A stretch of 31,239 bases of DNA from Bdellovibrionales bacterium (lineage in GTDB: Bacteria > Bdellovibrionota > Bdellovibrionia > Bdellovibrionales > UBA1609): contig CBDHDF010000005.1 in the NCBI GenBank assembly GCA_965261545.1, positions 1-31,239 on the forward strand, in the 5' to 3' direction. A program made the translations under genes and the position numbers. Below, in pieces: positions 1 to 8,710 of the stretch (position 1 is the stretch's first letter; every line of letters starts with the position of its first letter). A model generated the notes under the pieces. The model was not told the DNA's origin. It did no database searches and saw only the letters and a program-made list of their open reading frames with translations.

Positions 1-89
1 AATCTCCCTGAGCCTGCTCATCAACTTCAGTGACTCTTATGCTGTCTTAAGGAATATTTATTTTGCTTTCCATCAGAACCCACTACCAT

Positions 90-602
90 TTATTTAAATA
101 GAATGTCTTTCGTTAAAGAGCCCTTGGGGCTCATTATTATGAGGGCCTTTTTTTTACTACGAAATTTAGTTTTAATAGTCTTGAATTCTCTACGAGTTTT
201 TTTGCGCATGTGGGCAGCGACGAGAATAGGGCGAAGATTGATAAAATTTAGAGGAGTCAATTTGTCCGCTAAGTTTGCTCCGCCTTGAAGCTGCTTAGCG
301 ATATTCCCTGTACTACTCACAGTGCCAGATTTGAACTCTATGGGGGAAACACAATCTTTTACATATTTATCATTCTCATCATTATTGCTTGCAATGAGTA
401 GGTAGTCGCAGAATTTCTGACCTTCTTTGTGCAATAATTTGTCACCATCAATAATAAGACGCTTTTGTATTTCATTAACTGATAGAGAGCATCCATCCTT
501 TCTACATGTGTCTTGCTCTATTAGGCACGTTTCGGGAATGTCTTTGCATTGGTTGATTTTATTCTGAACAGTCTCCACTAAATCTGCCGTCGGGTTTGTC
601 AC
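90..602 (-). CDS. Small basic hypothetical protein, putative PD-(D/E)XK-type nuclease, partner of the upstream ATPase
   Basis: 170 aa; FCDYLL...IEFKSG...AKQL resembles a D...ExK restriction-like fold motif; GTG start overlaps the ATPase TGA stop (GTGA at 599-602). Confidence 0.6.
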   Translation of the reverse strand: MTNPTADLVETVQNKINQCKDIPETCLIEQDTCRKDGCSLSVNEIQKRLIIDGDKLLHKEGQKFCDYLLIASNNDENDKYVKDCVSPIEFKSGTVSSTGNIAKQLQGGANLADKLTPLNFINLRPILVAAHMRKKTRREFKTIKTKFRSKKKALIIMSPKGSLTKDILFK

Positions 603-2191
603 TGACTCTCTCCTACTTGATTATATGTTTTCGCCCAGTCATTATGAAGCTCTTTGGCAACTTCATCGAAGCCAGAGCGGTAAAGTCCCGATTCTTCATC
701 AATAGAAATTTCTTTGACCTTGGACCCTGTAGAATCACTTTGTGACTGGAGCAGCCATACGCCAACTTGATCTTTATTCAAAGAAATATCGTGATCGTCT
801 ATCTTATCCTTATTCTCGGAGAGTTTCGATCGATTCACAATATTGGCAAGCCCCTCGAGTAGCCACTCACTGTGAGTTGTTATCAAGACTTTGATGCCTT
901 GATTCACAAGGTTGGCCAGCTGCTCAATGAGTTTCACTTGCATAGCTGGGTGGAGGTGTGCTTCCGGTTCTTCAATGATGAGCATGTCGCCAGGGAGCAC
1001 GATATAACGCAAATACAGCACCAAGGGAGCCAGTTCGGACACCATCGATGATGAGTTCATCAGAGGTAGAGATTCCTTCCACCCCTTGGGTTGATATGTG
1101 AAAGAAGGATAATTGACTTCTGATTTATTCATTTTCACCATGCCATCAAGGATATTTTTTTCGATCAATTTTCCAAAATCATTTTTCCTTTGGGATTTTT
1201 TCTTCTGTGATTCATGGTTGTCAGGAAGTGTAATAAGATGTTGAAGGAAATCAGCGACAACACTTGAAAGTTTGGGCATGGGACTCGGATTGCGAATCCC
1301 CCCTAAGGTGGCACTTTCAAGCAGAGAAGCCACGACCAGGTGATGGGCGTGCATGATTCCAGTACGACTTGCAGGAAGGTAAAAAGTGGGAACATTAAGT
1401 GACTTAATGATATTGTATATTACCGAGGCAGTCAAATCTTGTAGGTAAAAACTATTTATATCATCTATGTAACTACTTGGAGAATTTTTCTTTCTTTTGG
1501 TGGTGGTCTTTGAGGTCGACTGATCTTTTAAAATATATTCTATTTTTTGTAAAGCGTGCCTCATATGTATATGTATAAGGGTAAAATCACGTTTTTTATC
1601 CAGGTTCATATGAACCTTCTGAGGAACCATTGTTTTGAATTCTATGTCTGATTGTTTGATGGTCAAATCATAGACAAATGGATCTGATTGGGTGGAGTTG
1701 CATTTTCGTCCAATAATTTGGGCTGTCCCTGTGGTGGATTTCTTTCGAATCAATGCCTGAAACTTATTCACACCAAAGCAGCTCATGATTTCCTTTTCAA
1801 GAATTTGGCTGAATGATTCTTGATTAAAGAGCTCTATGGATTTAAAAAGTATTTTTGGAAGGAATAGGCTTTTTTGATCTGGGGAGTTCTTGCGAGGAGA
1901 TATTTCTTGGACGAAGCCAATAAGCTCTTTTATATCTTTTTTAGAAAATTGTTTTGTTGTTTCCTCGTTGAAATATCTTGGCCTGTAGGAGGTTCTGGCA
2001 GAAATCTTATTCAAGGAGCGATGGAAAGCATAAATTAAGATGGCTAAATAGGATTTACCAGAGCCACTGGGTCCAATAAATACAGTCAAGGGGCGCAGAT
2101 CCATCTTTGCTTCGATAATGGGTCCAAAGTCGGTCACTTCAAATTCAGTTACTTTAGATTCAACAGAGTTTGGGGGGTCTAAATCTTTCAT
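599..2191 (-). CDS. ABC-type ATPase (AAA_15/AAA_21-like), probable defence ATPase
   Basis: N-terminal Walker A GPSGSGKS after the DFGPI strand; YLPASRTG; degenerate signature SSSMVSE; Walker B/D-loop IIEEPEAHLHP; H-loop ITTHS. Confidence 0.85.
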   Translation of the reverse strand: MKDLDPPNSVESKVTEFEVTDFGPIIEAKMDLRPLTVFIGPSGSGKSYLAILIYAFHRSLNKISARTSYRPRYFNEETTKQFSKKDIKELIGFVQEISPRKNSPDQKSLFLPKILFKSIELFNQESFSQILEKEIMSCFGVNKFQALIRKKSTTGTAQIIGRKCNSTQSDPFVYDLTIKQSDIEFKTMVPQKVHMNLDKKRDFTLIHIHMRHALQKIEYILKDQSTSKTTTKRKKNSPSSYIDDINSFYLQDLTASVIYNIIKSLNVPTFYLPASRTGIMHAHHLVVASLLESATLGGIRNPSPMPKLSSVVADFLQHLITLPDNHESQKKKSQRKNDFGKLIEKNILDGMVKMNKSEVNYPSFTYQPKGWKESLPLMNSSSMVSELAPLVLYLRYIVLPGDMLIIEEPEAHLHPAMQVKLIEQLANLVNQGIKVLITTHSEWLLEGLANIVNRSKLSENKDKIDDHDISLNKDQVGVWLLQSQSDSTGSKVKEISIDEESGLYRSGFDEVAKELHNDWAKTYNQVGESQ

Positions 2192-2279
2192 ATGGGTTCT
2201 CTTTTTCCTTTGGTGTCGTTGAGTGGGGTATCATTCAACGATAATAAAAATAAATAGAGACAGGCCCCATGGGGGAAGT

Positions 2280-2355
2280 TGGCGCATCCGTGACGATTCG
2301 AACGCCCCATCCCTTGATCCAAAGTCAAGTGCTCTATCCCATGAGCTACGGATGC
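2280..2355 (-). tRNA. tRNA-like gene, anticodon TTG (Gln) in a tRNA-Arg-type body; possibly a pseudo-tRNA
   Basis: Minus strand folds as GCATCCG-TA-GCTC-ATGGGATA-GAGC-A-CTTGA-CT TTG GA-TCAAG-GGATG-GGGCG-TTCGAAT-CGTCA-CGGATGC-G-CCA; 76 nt with encoded CCA; G49-A65 mismatch. Confidence 0.85.
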
Positions 2356-2587
2356 ATCTAACATCCAAATAGTTAATTCCCGTCCGAGAATAGCTTTTTT
2401 GCGCCGATTTTATTCTTCTACTCAAATGTAGTGAGGTTTGAGAGGTAAAACATACAAAAAAAGGCATTCTCGGAGAGGAACTAGTAACAACATAACGTCA
2501 TTTTAGCAATCGTATTGGTGGGGGGAAAGTTATTTTTTAGGGTAGACCATTTCCTTAAGTTCGCCTTTCCTATTTGCTAACTCCTAA

Positions 2588-2614
2588 TGTTAGCTGACAA
2601 TTAAAATTGGCCAT
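2588..2614 (+). repeat. Solo IS21 terminal-repeat relic
   Basis: TGTTAGCTGACAATTAAAATTGGCCAT matches the ends of the IS21 at 5770 and 9015. Confidence 0.7.
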
Positions 2615-2773
2615 ACGGATGGAATAGTCTGAAAGGGGAGAGGTTGTGAAGGGGGTGGAGGAGATGTTCACTTATTTTATTTTTCCATTTTTTGTAAGTG
2701 CTTGATTTTACATAGATTATGTCTGAGGGCCTCCATTTTATGGCATAAAAACTAAAGGGAAGGCATGTAAGTA

Positions 2774-3176
2774 CCTGAATTCCCCAGCGTTTTGAACTAG
2801 GTTTCAGGACCTAAGTCATAAAGGATGAAACCCTATTTATTTGTTCTCACGCCAAAACTAGACCTTGGGCTAAATCCTGGGACCATTTTCGGGGAATTCA
2901 GGTTGTATGATTGGCCAACCGACTCCTTTTTTCTCCATAGATATGTTCTTTTTTGACAAAACTGCTTTTTTTCTTTATCTCATTAGCTGCTGATCTCAAA
3001 AACATAGATCTTACCCTCTCTTTATATTTCTTCAAATCTGTAAAACATAGTTCAATCTTGAACTATGTTTTTTCAAATTTCAAAACTTTTTTGACTCTCA
3101 AATACAAATATATTGGTTCTCACAATAAAAACTAGATCTTAGTTCTGGACCTAGTTCAAAATCTGGGGAATTCAGG
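2774..3176. mobile_element. MITE/non-autonomous IS (CCTGAATTCCCC ends, IS1380-like) with an internal second right end at 2891-2902
   Basis: Imperfect ~40-bp terminal IRs CCTGAATTCCCCAG..TTTTGAACTAGGT / ACCTAGTTCAAAATCTGGGGAATTCAGG; flanking direct repeat TAAGTA at 2768-2773 and 3177-3182; family assignment from recalled end motifs only. Confidence 0.75.
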
Positions 3177-3269
3177 TAAGTATTAGAACTACTTAACTTT
3201 TTTTCTTGGACAGGAACTATTTAAAGTGTCCCACCAGTATAAGGAAAATGGCATTGCACCTGGTAACTC

Positions 3270-3977
3270 TCACGAGGGATCAAGTGCCGCATTCGGCTGA
3301 TTGGGCAAATGTATATGGACCCTCGTTCCATGCCCCTCTCGACTTTCTAGAAAAATTCTTCCACCATGCAATTCAACAAAGTATTTAGCTAGATATAAGC
3401 CTAGTCCACTCCCTTTTGTATGCCCAACATACTGGGGAGACCTATAAAATTTATCAAAGGCTCTCTTTTGATCCACTTCATTCATACCCATGCCTTCATC
3501 GACAATTTCAATATTTACACAGTGGCTTTCTACTGTGGTTTGAATATTGATATGCTCACCACCTTTGGAATATTTGATCGCATTTTCTATGATATTTAGG
3601 ATCACCTTCTTTATGAGGGTGCTATCTATTTCAATGAGGAATGTCGGTTCAAGCTGCTTCTGGATTCTCACCCCCTTTCCTTTAGCAAAAGGAGTCAATT
3701 GACTGATCGTACTCTCGATAATCTCATTTATATCTGTGGGCTCAATCCAAAGATGAACCTCCTCTAGCTCAAGGTGGAGAATTTTTAATATCTCACCGAC
3801 ATAATAATATATTTCGTTATTCTCAGAAATCAGGTTTTTCAGAGTCTCATCATATTTAGGGGGTAGTTTTTCAACTTTCATTTGGTTAAAAATGAGTTTA
3901 GTTCTCGCCATGGATGATTTTAAGTCATGGACAATCAGGTCTATCAGGTTATATCTTAAATTTTTCTGTGCAGTCAT
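3270..3977 (-). CDS. Histidine kinase core (HisKA + HATPase_c) with no sensor domain
   Basis: H-box IVHDLKS, N-box ILNIIENAIKYS, G1 DEGMGM, F-box AFDKFYR, G2 GSGLGL; start uncertain (ATG 3977; ORF track extends to 4058). Confidence 0.8.
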   Translation of the reverse strand: MTAQKNLRYNLIDLIVHDLKSSMARTKLIFNQMKVEKLPPKYDETLKNLISENNEIYYYVGEILKILHLELEEVHLWIEPTDINEIIESTISQLTPFAKGKGVRIQKQLEPTFLIEIDSTLIKKVILNIIENAIKYSKGGEHINIQTTVESHCVNIEIVDEGMGMNEVDQKRAFDKFYRSPQYVGHTKGSGLGLYLAKYFVELHGGRIFLESREGHGTRVHIHLPNQPNAALDPS

Positions 3978-4215
3978 CTTTATTCTCAAGCATGATCGTG
4001 CAATAAGCGATGCTTTGGCCTCCATCAATAAATTTTTTAGCCATGCAATAGATATCACATTCTTCTATTAAGTGCCTTTCTACTTCTGATATTTCCTTAT
4101 TTTCTGAAAAAATAAATTTAATTTTATCTTTCTGGAATAAATCACAAACTTTTCTTCTAAGGTTTGAGTCTGAGTATAAGATCAACATTTTAATTTCTTT
4201 GGACTCCACACTCAC
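3949..4215 (-). CDS. Hypothetical protein (~88 aa) overlapping the start of the kinase
   Basis: ORF with AAGGAG ribosome-binding site; no recognisable family. Confidence 0.45.
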   Translation of the reverse strand: MSVESKEIKMLILYSDSNLRRKVCDLFQKDKIKFIFSENKEISEVERHLIEECDIYCMAKKFIDGGQSIAYCTIMLENKDDCTEKFKI

Positions 4216-4478
4216 TCCTTATTGACTATCAGGAAAATAAAAATTGCTAAATTAAGAGATTTTAGAAGGTCGAAAAATTGTTGGAACCTCTTCTTTTCTC
4301 TCTCTACAAAACTTCTGATATTCACCCCATTCCTCTTAAATATCCAGGATCAATAGTTTATAAGACACTCTAAATTTAGCTCCCGAAAGTGGTATTATCG
4401 TACCCTTTTGTATCAAAAGATTAGGCAACAATCAATTGTTGTACGATCATAAAAATTAAATATAACGCAAGGATTAAC

Positions 4479-4745
4479 ATGGGGACGAAAGCAGGAAGAA
4501 CTCTTATTTCAGCCAAGGACCGTAGGCTACTCAAGCAGTTTGGCCTTCTTGTTCGACAAAAGCGAGAAAAAAGAAACTGGACACTATACGATGTTACAGG
4601 TGAAGATCTTGGAGTCAAATCACGAGAACATTGGCAAAAAATTGAGGCTGGGAAAAAGAATATAAACCTAGCAACCTTTTTCAAAATTTGTCGAACCTTA
4701 GAAACACATCCGAGTATACTTCTAAAAAACTTTAACATAGATTAG
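4479..4745 (+). CDS. XRE-family HTH transcriptional regulator (paralogue 1)
   Basis: 88 aa; FGLLVRQKREKRNWT...WQKIEAGKKNINLATFFKICRTLE is a typical HTH_3 pattern. Confidence 0.85.
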   Translation: MGTKAGRTLISAKDRRLLKQFGLLVRQKREKRNWTLYDVTGEDLGVKSREHWQKIEAGKKNINLATFFKICRTLETHPSILLKNFNID

Positions 4746-5035
4746 TTGCTTATTTCATACTTTGCTTATGACTCTTTTCAAGACTAAAGCTTTATATATT
4801 TCTCAAAAAATGTCTTCTTAAAGAAAATCGCAACATTGACTCCATTCACTTTCCTTTCATCAAAAGTATTTTGAGATTTACCCTTAACCATTGGACCTCT
4901 TTTCTGTGGCTTTTTTTAGTCTTTTTTCCACTAAGCCCATTTCTTTAATAACGAATATGATCGTGTTCTATTTTTATCGAAGAATTAGCTAAAAATCAAG
5001 GGAATACAACCATAGAAATAACGCATGAAGGCAAA

Positions 5036-5302
5036 ATGGGTATAGAAAAAGGCACAAAACTTATTTCTCCAAAAGACCGCAAGTTACTTAAGCAATTTGG
5101 GCTTCTTGTTAGGCAAGAGCGAGAAAAAATGGGCTTAACAACATTTGATGTAACAGGGGAAGATATTGGTATTAAAAATCGGCAGCATTGGCACGACATT
5201 GAGGGTGGGAAAAAAAACATAAATTTCACAACATTCTTCAAAATCTGTCGAGTTTTGGAGATACACCCAAGCGTAATGCTAAAAAACCTTAAAATAAATT
5301 AA
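5036..5302 (+). CDS. XRE-family HTH transcriptional regulator (paralogue 2)
   Basis: 88 aa; 59/88 identical to paralogue 1 by manual alignment. Confidence 0.85.
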   Translation: MGIEKGTKLISPKDRKLLKQFGLLVRQEREKMGLTTFDVTGEDIGIKNRQHWHDIEGGKKNINFTTFFKICRVLEIHPSVMLKNLKIN

Positions 5303-5451
5303 CTGGCTATATTTGATTTTCCCGGAGCTTAAAGTCCAAATTTCCTAGAGAAATAACAAAAAACTGGATGTACAAATCATTTCCAAAATTTGTGTTGTAC
5401 ATGAAAACACGAAGGACAGAGCTGCCAACACGCTTTATGGAGAGTCCGTCG

Positions 5452-5545
5452 CAGTTATCCACAGACTCACCCACAGCAGCACTGCTTTATTGGCTCCCCA
5501 AGGCCATAGCCGCAGTGTCGCCATGGATGAGTCTGTGGATAACTG
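5452..5545. repeat. Long palindromic hairpin tipped with DnaA-box sequences (copy 1)
   Basis: CAGTTATCCACAGACTCACCCA...TGGATGAGTCTGTGGATAACTG; homologous to 8613-8710. Confidence 0.8.
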
Positions 5546-5689
5546 ACTCAATTCAGCGGCCTTAGTGTGGAGGGAGTTGGAAAAAAGGAATATTGGGCGA
5601 GGGCCGAGGTTGGCTGACAATAAAAGCTTGAAAAAGCTCGCATTGAGTGGGGCGGTCGGAAAATTTACTCATCGCATGTTTCCTTATCA

Positions 5690-5769
5690 TTAAGATGATT
5701 GTTTAAAAGTCAACAACAGTGGGTGGACGGCCTTGAGTTTTTCTTCACTCAAGCCCTTAATGATAGATA
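5690..5769 (-). pseudogene. C-terminal fragment of the double-HTH regulator interrupted by IS21
   Basis: Removing the IS and one AGATA copy restores ...DECVS-IIKGLSEEKLKAVHPLLLTFKQSS*. Confidence 0.85.
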
Positions 5770-6336
5770 TGTTAGCTGACAATTAAAATGCCCCACCGTC
5801 GCCAATGAAAAGTGGCCACTTTTCAGAGGAGGACCTATGGTGATTTTTGGCATTGTCAACCGAGACGCATATAATCAATTGATATTACTCATAAAAAGGC
5901 TCCGAGCTGATAAGAACTCCTTTTGGGTTCTTGTCGACCTGGAAAGGGGCTCCGTGTTGGAGAGTCCTTCCATGACAGCCTATTCAGGTTCCATATTTGT
6001 CATTTGTAGACTGTTTCTGGATTTCAATGAGGTTAAATATATAGTCAAGAAAAGCCTGTTTAGGCTGTGCCCATTTTCTAAAGTATTTAAATTCCACAAG
6101 ATTCCAACATTTGCCTCAATTTTCATGGAATTTCTTTTTGAAGACAGGCTTCCCTTAAAGCCGTCGCCAATTAAAATGTCCCACTTTCAATATGGAGGTT
6201 GTCGCCAATGAAAAGTGACCAATCTTCAGGGAGTGTTCAAATACTAGACAATGAAGTCTCTTCTTCTGATATAGATACTAAGCTCACAGAGTCCCTCCCT
6301 TTTGCAACTCAAAAGGTTAGCAATGAGGAGGATCTT

Positions 6337-7803
6337 ATGATTAGTCAATACACTTTCGGCCGCATTCGTGACCTGAGTCACAGTGGTAAAAATAAGACAG
6401 AAATATCTCGTGAATTAGGGATCAATCGTAAGACGGTGCGCAAGTACTGTGAGTCCAACACCCCACCGAAGTACAAGGCGAGGTCCAAAAGAACTCGCCC
6501 AGATCCCCTTAATGGATATATGGATCGGGTGAAGTACTTTTTGAAGTTGAACCCAAGTAACACCGCCCGTGAAATATATGAGCTATTAGTTGAGGAGGGT
6601 TATCGTGGGAGTGAGAGAACGGTTCAGAGAAGAGTTTGTGAGATTCTTGGTTCTCGCCCCAAGGAGCGTTTTTTCAGCCAAAGATATGATCCTGGAGAAC
6701 AGGCTCAGTTTGATTTTAAGGAGAAGGTTGCTTTACCATTTGCCGATGGTGTTCAGATCGTTCATCTCCATTTTGGAACATTGCCTTGTAGTGGCACCTG
6801 TTGGGTTCGTGCCTACCCCTTTCTTGTCTATGAGTGTTTCATCGATGGGGTGCATGCTTTTTTTGAAAAGATAGGTGGGATGAGTGCGAACATCCGTATT
6901 GATAATTTATCTCCCTGTGTGAAGAAAGTTCTTAAAGGAAATCAGCGAATTTACACCCAATCTTTTGATCGAGCCATCCAATACTATGGATTTAAGGTTC
7001 TTCCCTGCCGCGCAGGGAAGGGCTCTGACAAGGGAGATGTGGAGCGTGATATTCGAACCTTCAGTTCTCGGATAAAAAATATTGTTAGAAACAAAGGAAT
7101 TGTTTTTAAAGACTGGGATCATTTGAATCAGTTTTTAGAGTCTTATATGGATCAGCATCAGAGTGACTCCACCAAATCTCGCTTTGAGGAGGAGGCCAAA
7201 GTTCTTAAGCCTTTGCCTCCACGAGATGAAGATATTCTCTGTAAGGTGAATATTTGTCAAAGTAATGGTTATGGGACTTTGAGAATAGGTAAAACCACAT
7301 ATTCCATACCTGATGAGGTGATCCAAGCTCCCTGTAAAACCGTACAGGGTCCCTATCATGTCACGATCTATCGTGCAGGAGGGAAGCAAGAAATTGTCGC
7401 TCGCCATCAAAGAAAACCTGATGGGGAGCATAGTCTTCTTCTTGAACATATCCTTCCTTCTTTAGTTCGTAAGCCGCAAGCCATGGTAAGATGGGCTCAC
7501 CGATCCATTCTTTTTCCAACAAATGTGTTTGAAAATTTTTATCAATACCTCAAGCAACAAGATTCAAGCCGTGCCGAGCATGAATATTTAAGAGTTATCA
7601 ACTTGATTCAGCATGTGAGTTGGCAGGACTTATCTACAGCCATGGAGCTTCAATTAGAAAGTCGTGAGATTTTCGACTTTAAATCCATAAAAGATTTGCT
7701 CTTAGGCAATCCCACCAAAATTAATTTGAATGACCAACAAAAACCACTTCAACCTAGATTGTCTCAATATGACAGTCTTGTTCCAAACATAGGAGGTTCT
7801 TAA
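6337..7803 (+). CDS. istA: IS21 transposase IstA
   Basis: N-terminal HTH (EISRELGINRKTVRKY), PGEQAQFDF, IRIDN, KGDVER DDE motifs; GAGGAGG RBS before ATG 6337. Confidence 0.95.
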   Translation: MISQYTFGRIRDLSHSGKNKTEISRELGINRKTVRKYCESNTPPKYKARSKRTRPDPLNGYMDRVKYFLKLNPSNTAREIYELLVEEGYRGSERTVQRRVCEILGSRPKERFFSQRYDPGEQAQFDFKEKVALPFADGVQIVHLHFGTLPCSGTCWVRAYPFLVYECFIDGVHAFFEKIGGMSANIRIDNLSPCVKKVLKGNQRIYTQSFDRAIQYYGFKVLPCRAGKGSDKGDVERDIRTFSSRIKNIVRNKGIVFKDWDHLNQFLESYMDQHQSDSTKSRFEEEAKVLKPLPPRDEDILCKVNICQSNGYGTLRIGKTTYSIPDEVIQAPCKTVQGPYHVTIYRAGGKQEIVARHQRKPDGEHSLLLEHILPSLVRKPQAMVRWAHRSILFPTNVFENFYQYLKQQDSSRAEHEYLRVINLIQHVSWQDLSTAMELQLESREIFDFKSIKDLLLGNPTKINLNDQQKPLQPRLSQYDSLVPNIGGS

Positions 7804-8585
7804 TGAATCACGAAGAACTTATAGGTTCTCTTAAAAAACTCCGACTTCCAGCGATGGCGGATGAATATGTTGCAACGGCTAGAGTTGCCGAAAAAACAAA
7901 AAAAACGTATGAACAGTATTTAGGTATACTCGTTCAAAATGAGCTTGCTGACAAGCATTCCCAGAGAGTGAAAAGATTGCTTAAGGGGGCCAAGCTTCCT
8001 CAACTTAAATCACTCCAAACTTATAACTTCCAGAAAAGAACGGGAGTGACAGCTCAGCAAATTAATTGGATGGCAGAGGGAGAGTGGGTCAGAAAAGCCT
8101 GTAATGTTGTGTTTTACGGAAGCTTTGGAATGGGGAAAAGTCATTTGGCCATGTCCCTAGTTCGTTCACTCTGTGAACAAGGCTATCGATGTTTATGGGT
8201 CACCACTCATGAACTTATTGAAACAATGCGTGAAAGCAAGAAAGAACTCTCATTGAATGCTCTTTTTAAGAAATTAGACCGTTTTGATCTTATTGCTTGT
8301 GATGAACTTGGCTATACAGCTTCCTGCACAGAGGGGGCAGATCTTTTCTTTCAATTCATATCTCAGCGATATGAAAGGAAAAGTCTCATGATCACTACAA
8401 ACTTAACATACTCTGAATGGGATAAGGTGTTTCTTAACCCTATTACCACCGCTGCTGCTGTTGATCGAATCATTCACAACTGTGAAACCCTCAACATTGA
8501 AGGAAAAGAAAGTTGGAGAACCGAATCGGCAAAAGCCAAGTCTAAACAGAGCAAAGAGGAAAGTTCAACCAAAGAAGTTCATTAG
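7803..8585 (+). CDS. istB: IS21 AAA+ helper ATPase IstB
   Basis: Walker A GSFGMGKSH, Walker B LIACDELGY, ITTNL, AAVDRIIH; TAATG overlap with istA. Confidence 0.95.
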   Translation: MNHEELIGSLKKLRLPAMADEYVATARVAEKTKKTYEQYLGILVQNELADKHSQRVKRLLKGAKLPQLKSLQTYNFQKRTGVTAQQINWMAEGEWVRKACNVVFYGSFGMGKSHLAMSLVRSLCEQGYRCLWVTTHELIETMRESKKELSLNALFKKLDRFDLIACDELGYTASCTEGADLFFQFISQRYERKSLMITTNLTYSEWDKVFLNPITTAAAVDRIIHNCETLNIEGKESWRTESAKAKSKQSKEESSTKEVH

Positions 8586-8612
8586 AGATCCCCACTTTTG
8601 GGGAAGGAACTC

Positions 8613-8710
8613 GCCAGTTATCCACAAAATTTATCCACAGCAGCACTGCGTTGCTAGACATCGGGGTCACAGCCGCAGTGTCGCCATGGATAAATTTATG
8701 GATAACTGGC
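8613..8710. repeat. Long palindromic hairpin with DnaA-box sequences (copy 2), in the 3' non-coding region of IS21
   Basis: GCCAGTTATCCACAAAATTTATCCA...TGGATAAATTTATGGATAACTGGC; TTATCCACA at 8618 and 8631. Confidence 0.8.

Noticed and set aside
1..73. Minus-strand ORF start MESKINIP*DSIRVTEVDEQAQGD as a third operon gene
   Set aside because: In-frame stop at codon 9 and cut by the window edge; no recognisable family
5452..5545. DnaA boxes as a replication origin
   Set aside because: Only two boxes, forming hairpin arms; a homologous copy lies inside IS21; no dnaA/rep context or unwinding element
5421..5616. GCTGCCAAC...GTTGGCTG as an integron attC site
   Set aside because: About 195 bp is too long, inner boxes are not evident, there is no IntI, and the right motif fits an IS21 end better
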